Below are positions 60,614-64,000 of a DNA stretch of 64,000 bases, one piece after another (position 1 is the stretch's first letter; each line of letters begins with the position of its first letter). Below the pieces are notes generated by a model. That model worked only from the letters and a program-made list of their open reading frames with translations. It had not been told where the DNA came from and searched no databases. Source of the stretch: Asterionella formosa (Eukaryota); contig NKIB01012647.1 of the NCBI GenBank assembly GCA_002256025.1, positions 1 to 64,000 of the forward strand, read 5' to 3'. The position numbers and the translations under genes are program-made.

Positions 60614-60919
60614 ATGAATGTTGACATCGCTGATTCGCCCATTCCTGATGGTCAGATCCTTGGCTTGATGGCCAGCAACAATGGTTGCAGTTGCACCCAT
60701 CATCACTGTTGCGGATCAACTGTAAAGGATGGCTCTTTGATTTTCTTCTCTTTGTGTATAGCATTGAACAAGATCCCACAAGAACTCATGGATGCTAACC
60801 AGGTGACTATGGCATATGAACTCCATCCAGAATATCAAAGGTGCAGAGTTGGATATCTTTCCAGGAGAATCACACATCACAAAGTCGAGGCAGTGCTGCT
60901 GTGGTTCTTGAACTGCTAA
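60614..60919 (+). pseudogene. Small Cys/His-motif (possibly HIRAN-like) transposon-associated ORF
   Basis: ILGLMASNNGCSCTHHHCCG...CRVGYLSR resembles the 'G.....NGRSC..H..CG...C.VGFL' ORFs I recall from stramenopile DNA transposons. Confidence 0.4.
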
Positions 60920-61317
60920 AAGACTCTAGCAAAGAGCAAACAAAAAGACAAATGAACATGCAAGGTTAAGGAGTTGTTCTTCTTACTTTTCTTGATGTTA
61001 GGGTCAAAATTGAAGATGCTATCGTTAAGCAGGAAATCTATAATTCTACTGCTGTGTAGATAAATAAAATCCAACTATAGTTATCCAGCTTGTCAAAGAA
61101 ACTACTATAAGTTCAATACATATAGAACCATTAACACCCAGTGCTACTAATATATATATATATATATAAATATAAAGGGTGAATGTCTTTTGATCCAATG
61201 CAGCCGTAATGGTACCAGAGACAAAAAACCTTACCATTACCATTACCATTACCCCCTACTATTAAAACAGATCATCCAGGAATGTGAGGGCCAACTCTAT
61301 TGTTCCTTCCCCAGCTG

Positions 61318-61797
61318 CTAATTCTCATTTAGAATCCCCGCCGATTCCAAAACTGCCTTCCCAATGTGAAGTATCTCATAATTGTTGTTGCCATGAACCA
61401 AAATAATCCCTTCCAAGCAACACTGTGATGTTAAGAAAGAACAATTAAATTTCTTTGGAAAAAACAAAACAAATTCTGCCTGCATTGCCTCTATCAAACT
61501 GTTACATTCATGTTGGCTTCTTCCACGGAGTTTCATTGACCTGACTGTAATGCCCTAAAAGAAGATAGATCATTGATGTTCAAATCTGGACTGTTTGCTG
61601 GTTGCTTAGTCAATCGAATATCCCATTCTCCACCTGTTGAAGCTGCTACACAGCAAAATCGGAACCAAAATATGCTACAGCATTGTCATGCTGTAGATAT
61701 ACAATGATGTCTGCATACACCTGTTTTGTTGCTGGGAGTGATTTTGTTTCCATTGTCCCTGCTGCTGGTTGATAAATTGAACTTCTTTACGCTGCTA
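61318..61797 (-). pseudogene. Plant-type (DD39D-like) mariner transposase C-terminal remnant
   Basis: Read across frameshifts: RSS..QPAAGTMETK, YLQHDNA, GEWDIRLTKQPANSPDLNINDLSSFRALQS and FLTSQCCLEGII..HGNNNYEILHIGK..LE..GIL. Confidence 0.8.
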
Positions 61798-62282
61798 CTT
61801 ATACATATTACATACATGGGTTCATAGCTTAGAGCAAGATGCACACACAAAATTGAGCCGCAGAAAACCATAGGATTCAAAATCATTTATCCGTTGAATT
61901 ATTGATGCAACTGTTAATTGGTGTTCGAGGGAACAGGCATACCGGTGTAGGTGCTGGCCTTCCAGTTAACGGTATTGGTGGTACCAGGTAGCTTCATACA
62001 AACTGTCAGGTGTCATGTATAGTATGTGCCGGAACCAGGAAGAAATTACTGGTAGTGTTGGACAAGCAAGGATTAAAGATTCATCTTGTCTTCTCTGAAG
62101 GCCTGAGTAGTAGGGTAAGTAACTTGTTGTTTGTGTGCCGTCTACATACAAGGGAGAGTACCGTTAGTAGTCAGTACACAAAAGGCTAATTAACCCACAA
62201 AGGTATTCAAAGTTACTTCAGCAATTTTCTGTGGAGTTACACACTGGTGCATGCACCAATCTACAACTAGTTTTAAACTTAA

Positions 62283-63238
62283 GGTTGCGGCCCCACAGTT
62301 ACACAATGTGAGGTCTGTTTTTTCCCAAAATAGTTTTATGATGTACCATAATCCACACATTACGTACAAATAAATAGAATAGTTAAAGGTAAAATTAGCT
62401 TTCACCATTACAACCACTTTGCATATGCTTAGATACAGTCATGGGTTGACTTAGGGGTACTACGTTCTATCTTTGGATATGGTAAGGACCTCATTTCTGG
62501 AGAGAAACTGCAGTTATCCCTCTTGGAAAAGTGTCTATCCAAAATAAAGTAAAAAATAGGGGCTATAAAGCTTTTTAAAAAATCTACAAGAGATAACTGC
62601 AGTTTCTCTCGAGAAGTTAACTCCTGATGTTATAGGGTACACAGCTATCTCCCCCTACTTTAATCTTCATTAAACCCCGCAGATGTAGAGCAATCCTCCT
62701 CCAAAAAGTCGAGAAGATTGGCTTTTTCAACAGTTGCCAAAATATTGGAATCGGAATTTGCATGTGCAAAACCATTCCCATATACTTAGAGTCTTGCCTA
62801 GCTATGTTTTGCTGCATAATTCTTAGTCTTAAAAGACTCCAGGGTAAGTTGCCATGTCACTACACGTATTCTGATTGGTTGAATTGAATTTTCTGATACC
62901 TGCATACAGCAACATAAATTCAATATAACATTTAAACACAAACCATGAGCATACATGTTGGCATACCAGTACTCCCTATTTATAAACCGGTATGTATTTT
63001 GGCGTTGGGCAAAATCATATCTACATACAGCAACGAGGATAAACTAATAACGTTTGAATATCATTTTTGTTTGTTTGAAATGGAACTCTATCAATCTGGC
63101 GCCGATTCCTATTTAATTCAAATATTCAAATCGACGCTTGAATCATGGGAATTCATAGTAGGAAACTCCCTGTTCCACACCGTTTTTACAACCCTAGCAA
63201 CATTTTCTCCAAACTAGGGTTAAGCTGGGGCCACAACC
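62283..63238 (-). mobile_element. Non-autonomous TIR DNA transposon, Kolobok-like, copy 2
   Basis: TTAA|GGTTGCGGCCCC...GGGGCCACAACC|TTTG. Reverse-complement copy of 22577-23705. Confidence 0.68.
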
Positions 63239-63285
63239 TTTGAACAATTTGCCAAGTAATACTTTAGTATCATATTCCTGAAATG

Positions 63286-64000
63286 CTATTTTGTTGAGTT
63301 CCGACTAGCTTGAGTTGTTTCGTAAGCGTTCGTTCGCAACCAATCCTCCTGTTGGGTAAAGAGCCGTGCGACAATAGTATTGTAAGCAACTTCGCTTTGT
63401 TCATTTCGTTCTACACCATTTGCTTGGGGTAGAGACAAGGACCCGCCAGTTCGATGCCGAAGCGAATGGGCGATCATAATCACTTCGTTGTTTTCCCCAA
63501 TGTCATGAACCCAACCAATACCATCTTTGAGTCGCAACCACGAGATTCGTTCTCCAGGTGGCATTACACGTTCGCTGACGAGTACACTCTTGCCAGGAAG
63601 TAGAACAATGCCAACTATTTCTGCGGCAAAAGATGGACCTCTTCTGACCGCGACACCCGATTCTTTCCGAACATTGTAACGCCAGCCTTCTCGGTGTCGT
63701 TCGATACGAGGCTGGACGGCGCACTCTTCCAAGTACAAAGTGCCATCACCATAAATCCGAACCCATTCGGCCAAACCAATCATTTGCGACAGGGGGCAGA
63801 TTTCAACTTGTTCGCGGTGCACCTGAATGTGTCGGTTGCGAAACAACTTAGCAAACGATTCGCCTGGTAAGGCATCGCTAAAAACATCGATAACCTCGCA
63901 TGCGCGTAGGAACTCGCCACACTCAAACCGGAAATCGACGCCTTCCTCTAATTTGATGGGATCTGCCCTTCGGGAGGGACCCACTCTAACCTTTATGCCA
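63286..64000 (-). CDS. C-terminal part of a protein with SH3b-like beta domain(s); 5' end outside the window
   Basis: Open frame with gene-like composition. GVAVRRGPS...LLPGKSVLVSERV...WLRLKDGIGWV fits an SH3b-type pattern. Confidence 0.6.
   Translation of the reverse strand, partial: GIKVRVGPSRRADPIKLEEGVDFRFECGEFLRACEVIDVFSDALPGESFAKLFRNRHIQVHREQVEICPLSQMIGLAEWVRIYGDGTLYLEECAVQPRIERHREGWRYNVRKESGVAVRRGPSFAAEIVGIVLLPGKSVLVSERVMPPGERISWLRLKDGIGWVHDIGENNEVIMIAHSLRHRTGGSLSLPQANGVERNEQSEVAYNTIVARLFTQQEDWLRTNAYETTQASRNSTK

Larger units (their letters stand above)
59824..61932 (-). mobile_element. Decayed mariner element sharing arms with the Stowaway-like MITEs
   Basis: 59870-60070 aligns with the MITE left part (13030-13235). 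61830-61890 aligns with the MITE right part (AATTGAGCCGCAGAAAA). It has degenerate TIRs and an internal transposase remnant. Boundaries are approximate. Confidence 0.6.

Overview
Eukaryotic DNA, very probably from a diatom: bipartite signal-peptide plus 'ASAF/TRAF' plastid presequences, short GT-AG introns and a diatom-type transposon complement. About 14 host genes lie between AT-rich blocks of mostly decayed transposons. The genes are four choline-transporter-like (CTL/SLC44) paralogs, an ADP-ribosylglycohydrolase, Med4, two glycosyltransferases, DDAH, a prolyl 4-hydroxylase, a NEF1-like multipass membrane protein, a tail-to-tail pair of plastid-targeted Cys-motif coiled-coil proteins, and two hypotheticals. 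The mobile DNA includes a Harbinger transposase with an open frame, a complete PHIS element with an AGT target-site duplication (TSD), Stowaway-like MITEs plus a decayed DD39D-type mariner sharing their arms, Kolobok-like elements, pogo and Plavaka-like remnants, and two tRNA-headed SINE families with TSDs. The most unusual signal is arrays of TA-CCGG/CCAG/CTGG/CCAGG/CCTGG-TA units upstream of nearly every gene. Comparing repeat copies shows these units are discrete insertions at TA sites, consistent with stacked transposon excision footprints. All calls come from reading and hand alignment; no database searches were run.
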